Source: Catajapyx aquilonaris (taxonomy: Eukaryota). Taken from it: a stretch of 47,993 nt of DNA. A model generated the notes under the pieces. The model had not been told where the DNA came from. It saw only the letters and a list, made by a program, of their open reading frames with translations, and searched no databases. The stretch is from the NCBI GenBank assembly GCA_000934665.2, contig JYFJ02004652.1:1-47993 (forward strand). Reading direction: 5' to 3'. Position numbers and translations under genes: made by a program. Below, piece by piece: positions 1-10,061 of this stretch (the first letter of the stretch is position 1; each line of letters begins with the position of its first letter).

Positions 1-573
1 CAACATGTCCGTAACCTGGCAGCGCCCAGGATTACCAACACATAAACACAAAAACACATAAACAGTCGCGACATTACTTTTGCGGTCAATAGTACATAAT
101 AGCATTAGACACTATAGCAATGGGACAAATATTCGACACATTTTTTTGGGACTTAAATGTTTATATTATGGCCGTGGCGATGCACGGATAATCCGCACAC
201 GCGGATTATCGGGATTACAGTGTAATTGTATTCTATTGTTGGTTGCCAGTTGTGCCCCCGGGCGAAGGGGGGGCAGGCAGCGTGAGTGGGGAAGGGGAAA
301 AGGTCCGGCGGGTGACGGTGACGGGTGCGGGGGCGGGAGACACGCAAAAATGCGACCTTCACTCGCGCATGCGTGAGGGATTGTAGAGTAATGAAGGAGG
401 AGAGGAGGAAATGGATACCGGCGGTGGAGGAGATGGAGGATGAAGAAGTGTATGGATTTGTAAAGAATGTAAGAAAAAGGGGTGCTCTGTGTAAGTATTT
501 GTACGGGATGGTGAAAAAGAGGAGGGATACAATTCTGGAGAGACAGGGGGAGGGGTTGAGTGAGAAGGGAAAA

Positions 574-630
574 ATGTAAATGTAAATGTGTATGTAAATG
601 TAAATGTAAATGTAAATGTAAATGTAAATG
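574..630. repeat. (TGTAAA)n microsatellite
   Basis: About 9 tandem TGTAAA units are visible. They explain the low-complexity YIYIYI/FTFTFT ORFs. Confidence 0.95.
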
Positions 631-711
631 TGTGAAGGAGGAGGAGGGTCGGCCAAGCGGCGTGTGCTGCAGGCCGACGGACTAAATAAAGCGCAAAACA
701 AACAAGCACTC

Positions 712-877
712 GCGCATGCTCTGAACGGGGGCCAATCGGAGGCCCCATGGTAACAATGAGTCTTGAATCCGTCTCAGCAACAATGGACGGGAGCCAATAG
801 GAAGTGATGGCGGCAACAATATGGTGGCGGACCAATCAGTGGGCTTATATAAACACCGCAACCATTTTAATATTATA
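712..877 (-). mobile_element. 5' terminal segment of a non-autonomous Helitron-like element (homologous to 18631-18790)
   Basis: 712-877 aligns by eye to the reverse complement of 18631-18790 (gcgcatgctc...ccaatcggagg...ccaataggaag...ggcggaccaatcag.gggcttata...cattttaatattata). The terminus is interrupted by the MITE at 878. Confidence 0.55.
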
Positions 878-1207
878 CGAGGGTTGAGTCAAAAGTCATG
901 GCGCGTATTTTTTTTATTCAACTTGTCCCATACTCGAAAGAAAGCTCCAGTGTTGTCCATCTCCGAGTGTCCCTCATGCAGCGTCCAACAGCTCCAAGCG
1001 CGGAAGGCTCGGGTCGTGTTAGGGCAATGGTGTGGTTGGGGGTCACATTCCCCCTTTGTTTCCCCACCCCCTCGCGATATGGGCGACATCTATACGCCAG
1101 ATAAAATTGCTATCGCCGGATCTTCAAAACTCAGCAAAGGTCATCTCTGTATGTGCTGCCGTTTTTGAATAAAAAAATACGCGCCATCACTTTTGACTCA
1201 ACCCTCG
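878..1207. mobile_element. mariner-type MITE
   Basis: About 44-bp TIRs: CGAGGGTTGAGTCAAAAGTCATGGCGCGTATTTTTTTATTCAA and TTGAATAAAAAAATACGCGCCATCACTTTTGACTCAACCCTCG. TA on the left flank. No coding capacity. Confidence 0.85.
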
Positions 1208-1649
1208 GAGATACATAAGTCATATGATGTCTCATATTTTTATAATATTATAGACCTACACTCAACATACACCCCATTTAAATGCATCATTTTGCGAAAT
1301 GTGACACCATATTTGGTATGTTTATTTTATTGATGTCAAGCACCCCCGCCTATGCAACAGTAGCTAGGCCTAATCGGAAAAGTATATTTCGGATCATCTT
1401 GTATATTATCAGCACCTAACATAATTATTTTCCAGAAAATTCCACCACTCTGCGGCGCCACATCGTAGTTTTGATTTATACTAATCCGTTTAAAGAAGAA
1501 AAATGCGAGTAAATATCTCTTTCATTTTTATTGCAAAATTAAATTGACTAGTCGGAATTGGTGGAAATAGGACGTTTAATCCTCCTGTGGAGACACCTGC
1601 CTGAAAGAAGTTGTAACTAACGCATTTGATGTGTGAACTTGAGCTTGTG

Positions 1650-1820
1650 TGAGCTGCCATCATTTTTCACACCATACCTCGTGGCAGTCCGTACATCGTC
1701 CGGTTACATAGTCTCGTGAAATCAGCACAGTCGGTTCCAGACATTCTGAAGATCTGAACCTGCGACCAAAGAGGCTGCTGAGGACATCCTCCAGGGTGGA
1801 CAAGCGGTGGACACAGAAAG
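1650..1820 (+). other. putative non-coding first exon of gene A (intron 1821-2242)
   Basis: Ends in the donor AAG|GTAAATGGGG and shares GGACATCCTCC and GTGGACA motifs with the exon ending at 4532. Acceptor attaattgcAG at 2241-2242. The 5' boundary is approximate. Confidence 0.55.
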
Positions 1821-2260
1821 GTAAATGGGGCATGGGCATGACTCTGAGTGGGACGAAAATTCGACCCAATGTTGCTAAGTAAGCGTCTTGATCATCTTTT
1901 TCCAACTCCAACTTAATTTGCAGCCATGCACTGCCAAAGTTGCCAAAGTTTCAGGTTGCCATTAATTGTCCAGCCACCTGCTAATCCTTATCATCGTGTG
2001 ATTCACCAACCCTGAAAAAGAGTGAGGAAGCTTAGGCAGAAGGTCAATGGGTAATTCGACCAGCATATTTTTGATAACTGAATTGTCCGTCACGTGAAAT
2101 AATTGCAGGGTCAGAAATAAGTTACAAAAAATCAAGCTGCAAAAATGTGTATGGCTTACTTCCCCATTTATAATACTTTCCAAACAAGTTACATGCTAAA
2201 TGTGTACAGTACTCTGCATTGTTCAATTATTATTAATTGCAGGAAGCTTCGAGGAAGAGA

Positions 2261-3064
2261 ATGGCTGCAAACTACTATCCGTCCCGTTCCTACTGGCTGC
2301 GGCTGGAGCAGTTCAACGCAGTGTATGGCAACAACTTCAATATCATCGAAAGTGGACTGGACACAATCTCCAACTCCTACGAGGATATCATCTTCGATCG
2401 TTGCTTGTGTCAATCATGTATCGACGCCATCCAGAACACGACCTCTGGAAGCACACCTGACTGTTGGGTCCATATTATCCATATTACCAGATATCCAGAG
2501 ATCACTCAATATCAAAACCCAATATTTCCATACACTCCTGTTGTTCCTGGCTCAAATGATCCTGAAAGTACCTTCATACCATACCCAACAGGCGATCATC
2601 ACCCAGGATATGAGCCAGTGAGAGATACTAGGGAACCAGACTCCGAATTGTCCATCTCCGAATTGTCCATCTCGTCCGAATTGCCCATCTCCGAAGATAC
2701 ACCTGACCAAGATCTGGATATCCCAGAACCAGAGGAAGTATATCCGATTCCAATGGACAACACGGATTGGGACTGGTTGGGATCCATTAACAACTCTCTG
2801 GAGATTCTTGCTTGGGCAGAGAATATGGCGTCCAGACTTCGAGCATTTTCACGAGACATGTTTAGATGTTCACCTCCTCTTCTTCAAGGAAACGGTGCTG
2901 TTCGTATTCCTTCAGAATCAGAGGTGGAGAACGTCATGAGAGATGCTCAAAGGATCGGAGAAGCGCTGAATGTGCCTTTCTACCAGCTCGGGCCTATGGC
3001 TGGGGGAGATAGGCCTGGGGTTGATGTTGAGACAGTTAAAGAAAATGCCAATGCTGAGAATTAA
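2261..3064 (+). CDS. orphan acidic protein (gene A), 267 aa, starting MAAN; CxCxxC...C..H..H cluster and SELSI repeats
   Basis: 804-nt open frame. The first ATG follows a splice acceptor in the same context as 5802 and 34726. AATAAA at 3863. No family recognised. Confidence 0.7.
   Translation: MAANYYPSRSYWLRLEQFNAVYGNNFNIIESGLDTISNSYEDIIFDRCLCQSCIDAIQNTTSGSTPDCWVHIIHITRYPEITQYQNPIFPYTPVVPGSNDPESTFIPYPTGDHHPGYEPVRDTREPDSELSISELSISSELPISEDTPDQDLDIPEPEEVYPIPMDNTDWDWLGSINNSLEILAWAENMASRLRAFSRDMFRCSPPLLQGNGAVRIPSESEVENVMRDAQRIGEALNVPFYQLGPMAGGDRPGVDVETVKENANAEN
2641..2696 (+). repeat. in-frame 15-18 nt coding tandem repeat (CTCCGAATTGTCCAT)x3
   Basis: Encodes SELSI-SELSI-SSELPI-SE. Unit lengths are multiples of 3. 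Confidence 0.85.
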
Positions 3065-3212
3065 CAGGATTGTAGTGGCCATTTGTCTAAATGATGGGGA
3101 TTAATTTCCTTCAACTTGGAAGAGGGAAATATCTTGCATGATTCATAACATATTTTCCATGTGCTGTTCATGTTCTGTGCTGCCTTATTTCCAGCTTAGT
3201 GGTCCATGTATA

Positions 3213-3553
3213 CAGGGTGTTTCAACTTTTTTGTCCGAACAGTTATCGGAAAATTGCACGTAGCTGCTACTTTGTAAGCAGTGACTTGCAACCGGTGATT
3301 TGTCGGAGGAATGGGGAATGGGGAATGGGGAAAAGGAGGGTCACACATCTCCTGGCATGTGTGGACCCTCTTTTTTTCCATGCTTGACCCTCAATTTTCA
3401 GCGGGGAGCACGTATGCCACTTTAACCTACGATTCGCAGGAAATATTCCTCGTTCCTCCGAAAAAATCACCGTTTGCAAGTCACTGCTTACAAAGTAGCA
3501 GCTACGTGCAGTTTTCCGATAACTGTTCTGACAAGAAATATAGAAACACCCTG
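3213..3553. mobile_element. Tc1/mariner-superfamily MITE
   Basis: About 90-bp TIRs beginning CAGGGTGTTTC and ending GAAACACCCTG, flanked by TA on both sides. Confidence 0.9.
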
Positions 3554-4043
3554 TACATCCGGATTTTTTAAACTATTATTTCCCTGATAACATGTGCAAA
3601 AATGGTGAAAACATGTCAGGACATTATTTATGTCACATTAATTTGGAAAGCTATGAAGAATGATCATTTGCAAGTCATAGTAGTTCATATGGTTTTAATC
3701 GTTTTAGTAATATTGCAGAAAGATTTACCATGTTGAATAGTGTGTGCTCGGCAATGTGACATCTTCATGTAGATCTCTGTGAAATCTTGATTGTGAACAT
3801 CATTAACCTGCCTTAGTTATTTTAGTTGGAATCTGTCATTTTTGTAGCTCAAAAAGTGCCTTAATAAATGCGTGCCACGCACAAAATATGATAAACGAAG
3901 CTTTTTCTTGAAGGTTTACAATATATTATTGTAGAGTGCAGATAAACACTCTACGCATACTGTATGCAAACTTCAATATAAACACATATATAGCAGCCAC
4001 GCCACGGTTGCAACTCAGACTGGACACTGGTATGTCGTTGATG

Positions 4044-4400
4044 TGACGTCAGCTCGCTCACAATTTTGTGGCGAACAAAACAAACGCCATGGCAAGCTCT
4101 GGTGAATAACATTAGTTAATAAATATTGAACCGCTTTATTTCTCCAATGGTAGTACCCTTGTAATAACAATAGCCAAGTGGGTCAAAGGTCAGACGTCGT
4201 TGCCCAACCTCACATTGCAATGCCACGTCATGCTCTTTCCTATTGCCTTATAAGGGAAAAAATTCCTATTAAACGACAATGCCAAATGTCCTACTTTTCC
4301 TGGCTCGCGTAGCAACAAGACACATTTGACGTCACAGGCCCTCCGGTGGAGCCATCTGTCTTTATATGTGACAAACTAGAATTGGAAGAGGCCATTTTTC
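4044..4400 (+). promoter_or_regulatory. putative promoter of gene B
   Basis: Two perfect CRE palindromes TGACGTCA (4044, 4327), TATA-like TTTATAT (4361) and GCCATTTT about 30 bp downstream (4391), just ahead of the first exon. Confidence 0.4.
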
Positions 4401-4532
4401 CTATGGAAGAGGGTGATCTGCCATTATTTTCCTGCAGAAGAGACAGGACACATCCTGGTGACATCGTCTCCTGAGACGTGCAACCGAGGGGCCTGTGGAC
4501 ATCCTCCTGACCTTTAACATCGTGGACATAAG
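4390..4532 (+). other. putative non-coding first exon of gene B (intron 4533-5785)
   Basis: Donor AAG|GTAAATGGGACGTG. Acceptor caattacAG at 5784-5785, followed by AAGC...ATG at 5802. Confidence 0.55.
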
Positions 4533-4921
4533 GTAAATGGGACGTGGGAGTGTGGGTTTCTCTAGATCCGGATTCTTCAGACGTGGCACGTGGGTGTGTA
4601 GGCGGTTTGCGATTAGCGATGAGTTTGACCTTCAGTGTTTATCCAGCTTGTCAGCACATTTACAGATCATCGACATCATGAAACAGGGACTTTAATTTTG
4701 TCGGACGCAACATACTTGTCGTGAATCTGAAGTTAGGCCTAGTCGGTGGGACAGGCTTTTGGCTCGCAAGACAGTACATGTAGCATAGTACGATTGTCCG
4801 AGTGTTCGTTGGGTTCATGTTACAAGGTCAGAATTAAGTGAGGGGCTCATGATTATTTTAGGAAATGATCAGGATATATTGAAGATTCTTCAAGTGAAGA
4901 ATTAGAACAAAATTGTCTGAT

Positions 4922-5117
4922 GGAGGTGTGGTGGGCGAGTTGGTAACGACTCGGCTTGCTGAGTGACAGGTCCCGGGTTCGATCCCCGTCTGGGAGTTCC
5001 CTTTCGCCTGCGTCAGGAGGGTCTCTGACCCGGGCCTTGGAGGCGTCTGGCAACCTAACCTCCAGGGGGACTGCACATGACCCCGGTATAAGTATAACGA
5101 CATTGCACTTGCACCCG
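4922..5117 (+). mobile_element. tRNA-derived SINE family A, 3'-truncated copy
   Basis: A-box-like TGGGCGAGTTGG and B-box GGTTCGATCCC. Homologous to the copies at 9672, 15995 and 17815. Confidence 0.85.
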
Positions 5118-5801
5118 TTAATTATTATTAGGACCCGCGGAAATTATTATTCCGAGGCCAACATAGAAGAATCCTGATAAGAGTTGTGACGTCTCTGATT
5201 TGTACCAAAGTTTTGCGTTACTGTTTTATTGTCCAACCATCTGCTTGTCTTAGCTATTGTGTACTGTCTCTGCATCTCAGAAAGTCATGATTCCGGATGA
5301 GTTATTCGCTGGAAACGTGTACGGGCTGGCATCATTGATAACTGAATATTTCTTTCCGAGAACAATGCATGAAGGAAGGGTCAGAAATAAAGAACATACC
5401 AAGAAGAATCAACTTCAGAGAAAATGGCGAAGAAGTAATCAGGTTATTGTGGGCAGAAAGGTGAACCCACAATAACTCTAAGTCCAATATTGGCGATTTT
5501 TGAGTTATTTACACCACTATATTGTATAGCCTGGTGAAGTCCATTTAATCCCAAAGATTCATAGTGAGCCAGCAATCCAGGTTATTTAACTAGCATGTGT
5601 AGGATAGGGCAAGGTCGAATCTTTTTGATGGATTATCTTGCAACATTCTTTTTGGACTTTTTGGTACTTCTATACCCACAATATGTCCAATGATCCAACC
5701 AACATTCCCATAACAAAGCTGTAAAACGACATATATGTGTGATAGAAGAAAAATTCATACACTAAGCTTCAATATTCAATTACAGAAGCGTCCAGACCAG
5801 A

Positions 5802-6779
5802 ATGGCTGCCAACAATAATTCTGAGCTTCATCCCCTTGAGTTGACCATCCCAGAAGACCCTTCATCCAGTAATAATAATGCTGATCTGGAAGAGCACATT
5901 GATGATGAAACTATGGAACAATTCTTTCGCACCTTTGAAGATATGGCCGCCTGTCATCGTGCCCACCGACCCAACCGCTTGGAACGACCAGCTTCTCTCA
6001 TTAGCAAGATAATTATCTACGAAAGCTACTGTATCCCAACGAACATCATCGTGTCCGAGATCGAGAAGTCCCCGAATTTGGTAACTCTGAAGTTGACTGG
6101 TATTGAAGCCTTCGACTGCAACGACCTCATCAGAAGCGCTGTTGCATCCTGCCCAAATCTGGAGGTCCTCATCATGATCCACTGCTTCGTCTCAGATCCA
6201 GACGTAGTAGAGCAAATGAAAGATTTTTGCCCCAAGCTCAGGGTTTGTGCTTTTAACGACACTGTTATTGGTGGGATCTCTTCTAATGACCTCAGTAGCG
6301 ATTCAAATGACGATTGGGTTACTTTTATTCGTAATCACACGATCATAGGAAATCGGGAGGCTGCAACTCCAGCAGGTCCTCTGGCTGCCCCCGATAGTGT
6401 TCCTGGAAGTAGCCAAATGCCACAGTTTGTTCCTGTTCACCAGATATCTCATCGAATGAATGGTATTAGAGCACCACCATATGGATTGCCCAGAGAGCCA
6501 ATCCAAAGTTGGAATGACCGCATACTAAATGATTACAACCATAATTTACATGGTCGTGAAGCAGTAGCTGGACCTCGGGCTGTTCACTCATGTCAGGAGC
6601 CACCTCCTCGACCACCTACACATGACTCGGCTCATTCTCTGTTAACTAGCAGGATGTTGTTCAATCAGTTCATGACTTCCGTTAGGCGCGATCCTACTAT
6701 GATGATAGAAGATATGGACATTCCTTTGGAACTGATTGATGACACATCTGATGACTCAGATACCACAGATGAGGAGTAG
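5802..6779 (+). CDS. LRR protein related to the F-box/LRR paralogs, with a degenerate F-box and a disordered acidic tail (gene B), 325 aa
   Basis: IPTNIIVSEIEKSPNLVTLKLTG..FDCNDLIRSAVASCPNLEVLIM..C...FCPKL aligns with the 31489 and 34726 proteins. Cys-containing LRRs (CPNL, CPKL). Confidence 0.8.
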   Translation: MAANNNSELHPLELTIPEDPSSSNNNADLEEHIDDETMEQFFRTFEDMAACHRAHRPNRLERPASLISKIIIYESYCIPTNIIVSEIEKSPNLVTLKLTGIEAFDCNDLIRSAVASCPNLEVLIMIHCFVSDPDVVEQMKDFCPKLRVCAFNDTVIGGISSNDLSSDSNDDWVTFIRNHTIIGNREAATPAGPLAAPDSVPGSSQMPQFVPVHQISHRMNGIRAPPYGLPREPIQSWNDRILNDYNHNLHGREAVAGPRAVHSCQEPPPRPPTHDSAHSLLTSRMLFNQFMTSVRRDPTMMIEDMDIPLELIDDTSDDSDTTDEE

Positions 6780-7705
6780 GACAGTAGTAGGGAGACACTT
6801 TTGCATGTCACGGTGTGACATTAAAAATCTATGACAGGACTCGGGTAATTAGTATGGGAAATATGGAATGTTTGCAGTAGTTAGATACCGTTCTTGTGGG
6901 GTAAACTATCTGAAGTCAGATTTTTAGGAGAAAAATGAGTGGGCATTTAGATCGAGAGTTTTTGTTTCTGCTAAGGCTAACCCGACCTTGTTGAAGGTTC
7001 TACAGCCCAGAGACTGAAAAATAGCTCAAAACTACAGTATATATTCGATATTGTGTTATTTTTTTGAAGGAATCAACGATATGAGATTGAGGCTAATTTT
7101 TACTTTTGCAGGCTCTTATAAAATTTTAATTCCTTTGCTGCATGACATAATGGTAAGATTAATGGCCAGTTATGTTACTTTTTGTTACAAAAATTTGTCA
7201 AACTGTTTGGAGGATGGAGTGTGATGGAATGCCTCAAATTTATTGGTACCATTTTCTATAATTATATTACTAGTTCACGAAATATGTGAGCTGAAATTAA
7301 GAGCCCTAATTGTTTTGCTTTATGAAATGTTAAAGCACATTTCTCCGGATATTTTGACGGATAATTATTTTTTGGGATGCACATAAAGTGCTGTGATGTA
7401 ATGCAGTGGAGCATTATATTATTATCACATTATTTTTATCTATCAATAATCCTTTGCACTGATTTTTTTTTCACATTTTGGAGCCTTCCCGTTGGAGACA
7501 TGTGCCTCACACGGTCTCGCAGCATTCACAACTTGACACCACATAGGTCAAGATCAATGCTTCGTAATAAACAAATGCATTATGAAATGGCCTAAATGCA
7601 TTCCAGTGCTCCCCTAAAAACTCTTTGTGTTTTAGATGTTTTCGACACTGTCTATATAGTTAATATGAGTGGTTAAACCTGAAATGGCGTGTCATTTACT
7701 GTATA

Positions 7706-7836
7706 CAGTGAAGCCTGTCTATAGTCTGGCGCAGATCTCCCCAGTGTATATCTGTAGCATAAAACCTAAGCATGATCAGTATGGAAAATTCTTACGGAAA
7801 GGAAGAGAGTCGGCTACCTACAGACAGGTTTTACTG
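7706..7836. mobile_element. short pogo/Tigger-like MITE
   Basis: TA-CAGTGAAGCCTGTCTATAG ... CTACAGACAGGTTTTACTG-TA imperfect TIRs. Confidence 0.6.
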
Positions 7837-8446
7837 TATTAGTATTTTTGGTGCCTTACAGTTTTAATGATTATGATATACCTAGTAATACCCAGTAAGG
7901 TGTTGTGCCTGTCAAGGAGGTGTGATGGGTAATTATTGAAAGTGTGAACACCTGAGATCAGGATAATCAGAGTCACAATGGCATGCGAAACCGGTATTTT
8001 AACACTTTCTTCTTACATTTTTCATTGGACTGAAATAGCATTGATTCAACTTAAAAAACTCGCTATGGACCAAGGTGTTACTCTGACTGTTATGCATATC
8101 AGGTTTTTAAATTCATACAACTCATTACCCTGTATTAGTTTTGGTTTTTGTGGTTTAAATTGTACCTCCAGAAATAACTCAATAAAATGCTTGTCGCGCA
8201 AAGTGATGCACTGATCTGCTGAACCAGTTGCCTATCTTCCATGATAAATGACATCTTCTCTATACCATACTTTTAATCGCAGTAAAACATACATGTTAGT
8301 TGTTATTGACCTCGTAATTAGCTCAACAGAAGGTGCTATTGGTTCTAGGCAAATCCTTCTCTAAAGATGAGTTAGTTGCTGGTTAGTTGGCTAATTACGC
8401 AAGATAAATACTGTATGAAAGAGAAAACAAAACAACAATAATAACT

Positions 8447-10011
8447 CTAAAGGGAACAATTTATATAAGCTTTGTGCTGTTCTTTTAAACAAGTACATAT
8501 ATTTCTTTCATGGAATACTGGAGTTACTCTCTTCCACTCTTCCTTTATCATGGCAGCAGCCTTCTCCGCAATCATCATGATGGCAGCGTTAGGATTAGAA
8601 TTGACCAATGTTGGCATGATTGAAGAGTCAGATACTCTTAGGCCACTTACTCCCCAGACCCTGAAAATAATTAAAAATAATAATGCATATACTCTGCTCA
8701 TAGTCAATCATCTGTTTTAAATGTTATACGTAGATAGGTAATTTTTACCTTAGACGTTGATCAACCACAGCAGACTCATCATGCTTTGGTCCCATTTTAC
8801 ACGTGCCAGCCGGATGGAATATAGTTAAAGTCAAGTGTATTGCGTAACATTCCCAGTATTCATTACTCAAGAGATCAAACTTTTCGCATCCGGGTAAATG
8901 AGTCGCAGGTAAAGAACCCCCAAGCTCTTGAAAGGGAGTAGTGCGGCTGATGTTTAGAGACGAATGAATTGCTGACCAAGAGAAGAAATAAAGCAATAAT
9001 ATTATCAGTTATTCTCATATATAGGAACAGTCATCCTCGACATGTGTTCTTACCCTCAAGAAGAACTTTCATATCACTCGAATGTGAAAAGTATCTAGGG
9101 TCTACATGAGGTGTTGTGTACGGGTCAGTGCTCTCCAGCCAGATTCGACCTCTGCTTCTGGGCCTGCTGATCAAGGCCAACAGCCCAAATGCATCCTTTC
9201 CATCATGTGGCAAAAAGTGTCGATCCACAATCTGAAGATAACAACAACAACAATGGTGCTGGTAGTAGTTATTCTGTAGTAGGCCCTATAGTGAAACATC
9301 GTGACCAGTCTTACATGATTTTTGATGTTGGAACTCGCTTTGAACATGTCAAATAGAAATGTGGACATTCCAACGGATATGAGCATAAGTTGAGTGTCCG
9401 GCCAATGATTGTTGCCACTCTTGTTGTTGCTTAATGATGAACTGAGGAATGCCGATCCTTGAACTGCCAGTGTTGTCGTCAGAGAACCTGTCAAAACATA
9501 AAAAGTGTGCGACCATTAAGTTCTTTACATTACACAATTTGATATTATAATCATAATAAAATAAACGAATGCAAAAAAATTAAGCCTATTATATGAGAAT
9601 TGAGTAACATAAAATCAGCTGCTATTGCTTCAATCGTATGGCTAAAAGAATTGAAATAATTAATTAAATTTGGGGAGGTGTAGATGGCCGAGATGGTAAC
9701 GTCTCGGCTTGCTGAGTGAAAGGCCCCAGGTTCGATCCCCGCCTGGGGAACTTTCCTTTCACCTGCGTCAGGAGGGTCTCTATAACCTGCACCAAGGAGG
9801 TGTCTGGCAACCTAACCTCCTGAGGAACAGCACATGACCTCTTTACCGACATTGCTCTTACACCCATGTTCCCTCCCCAAAAATCCCCATATCCTTACCT
9901 CATGTCCTTTAATCCTTGCACCGGAGTTAGAAGAAAAAAAATCAGAAAATTGAAGGAAAAATAGTGGTATTCCACCCCCTATAAGGGCATATGGCCCTAT
10001 CACGGGGTAAC

Positions 10012-10061
<50 letters not shown>

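Noticed and set aside
153..835. Long overlapping ORFs (182 and 158 aa)
   Set aside because: They run through the (TGTAAA)n microsatellite and repeat DNA, are low complexity, and show no domain.
9672..9750. tRNA gene-like sequences (also at 4922, 15620-15695, 16270-16345, 17815, 42190-42267, 43210-43286)
   Set aside because: A/B boxes are present but the cloverleaf is imperfect, and each continues into a shared body with a tail, several with TSDs. These are SINE heads, not tRNAs.
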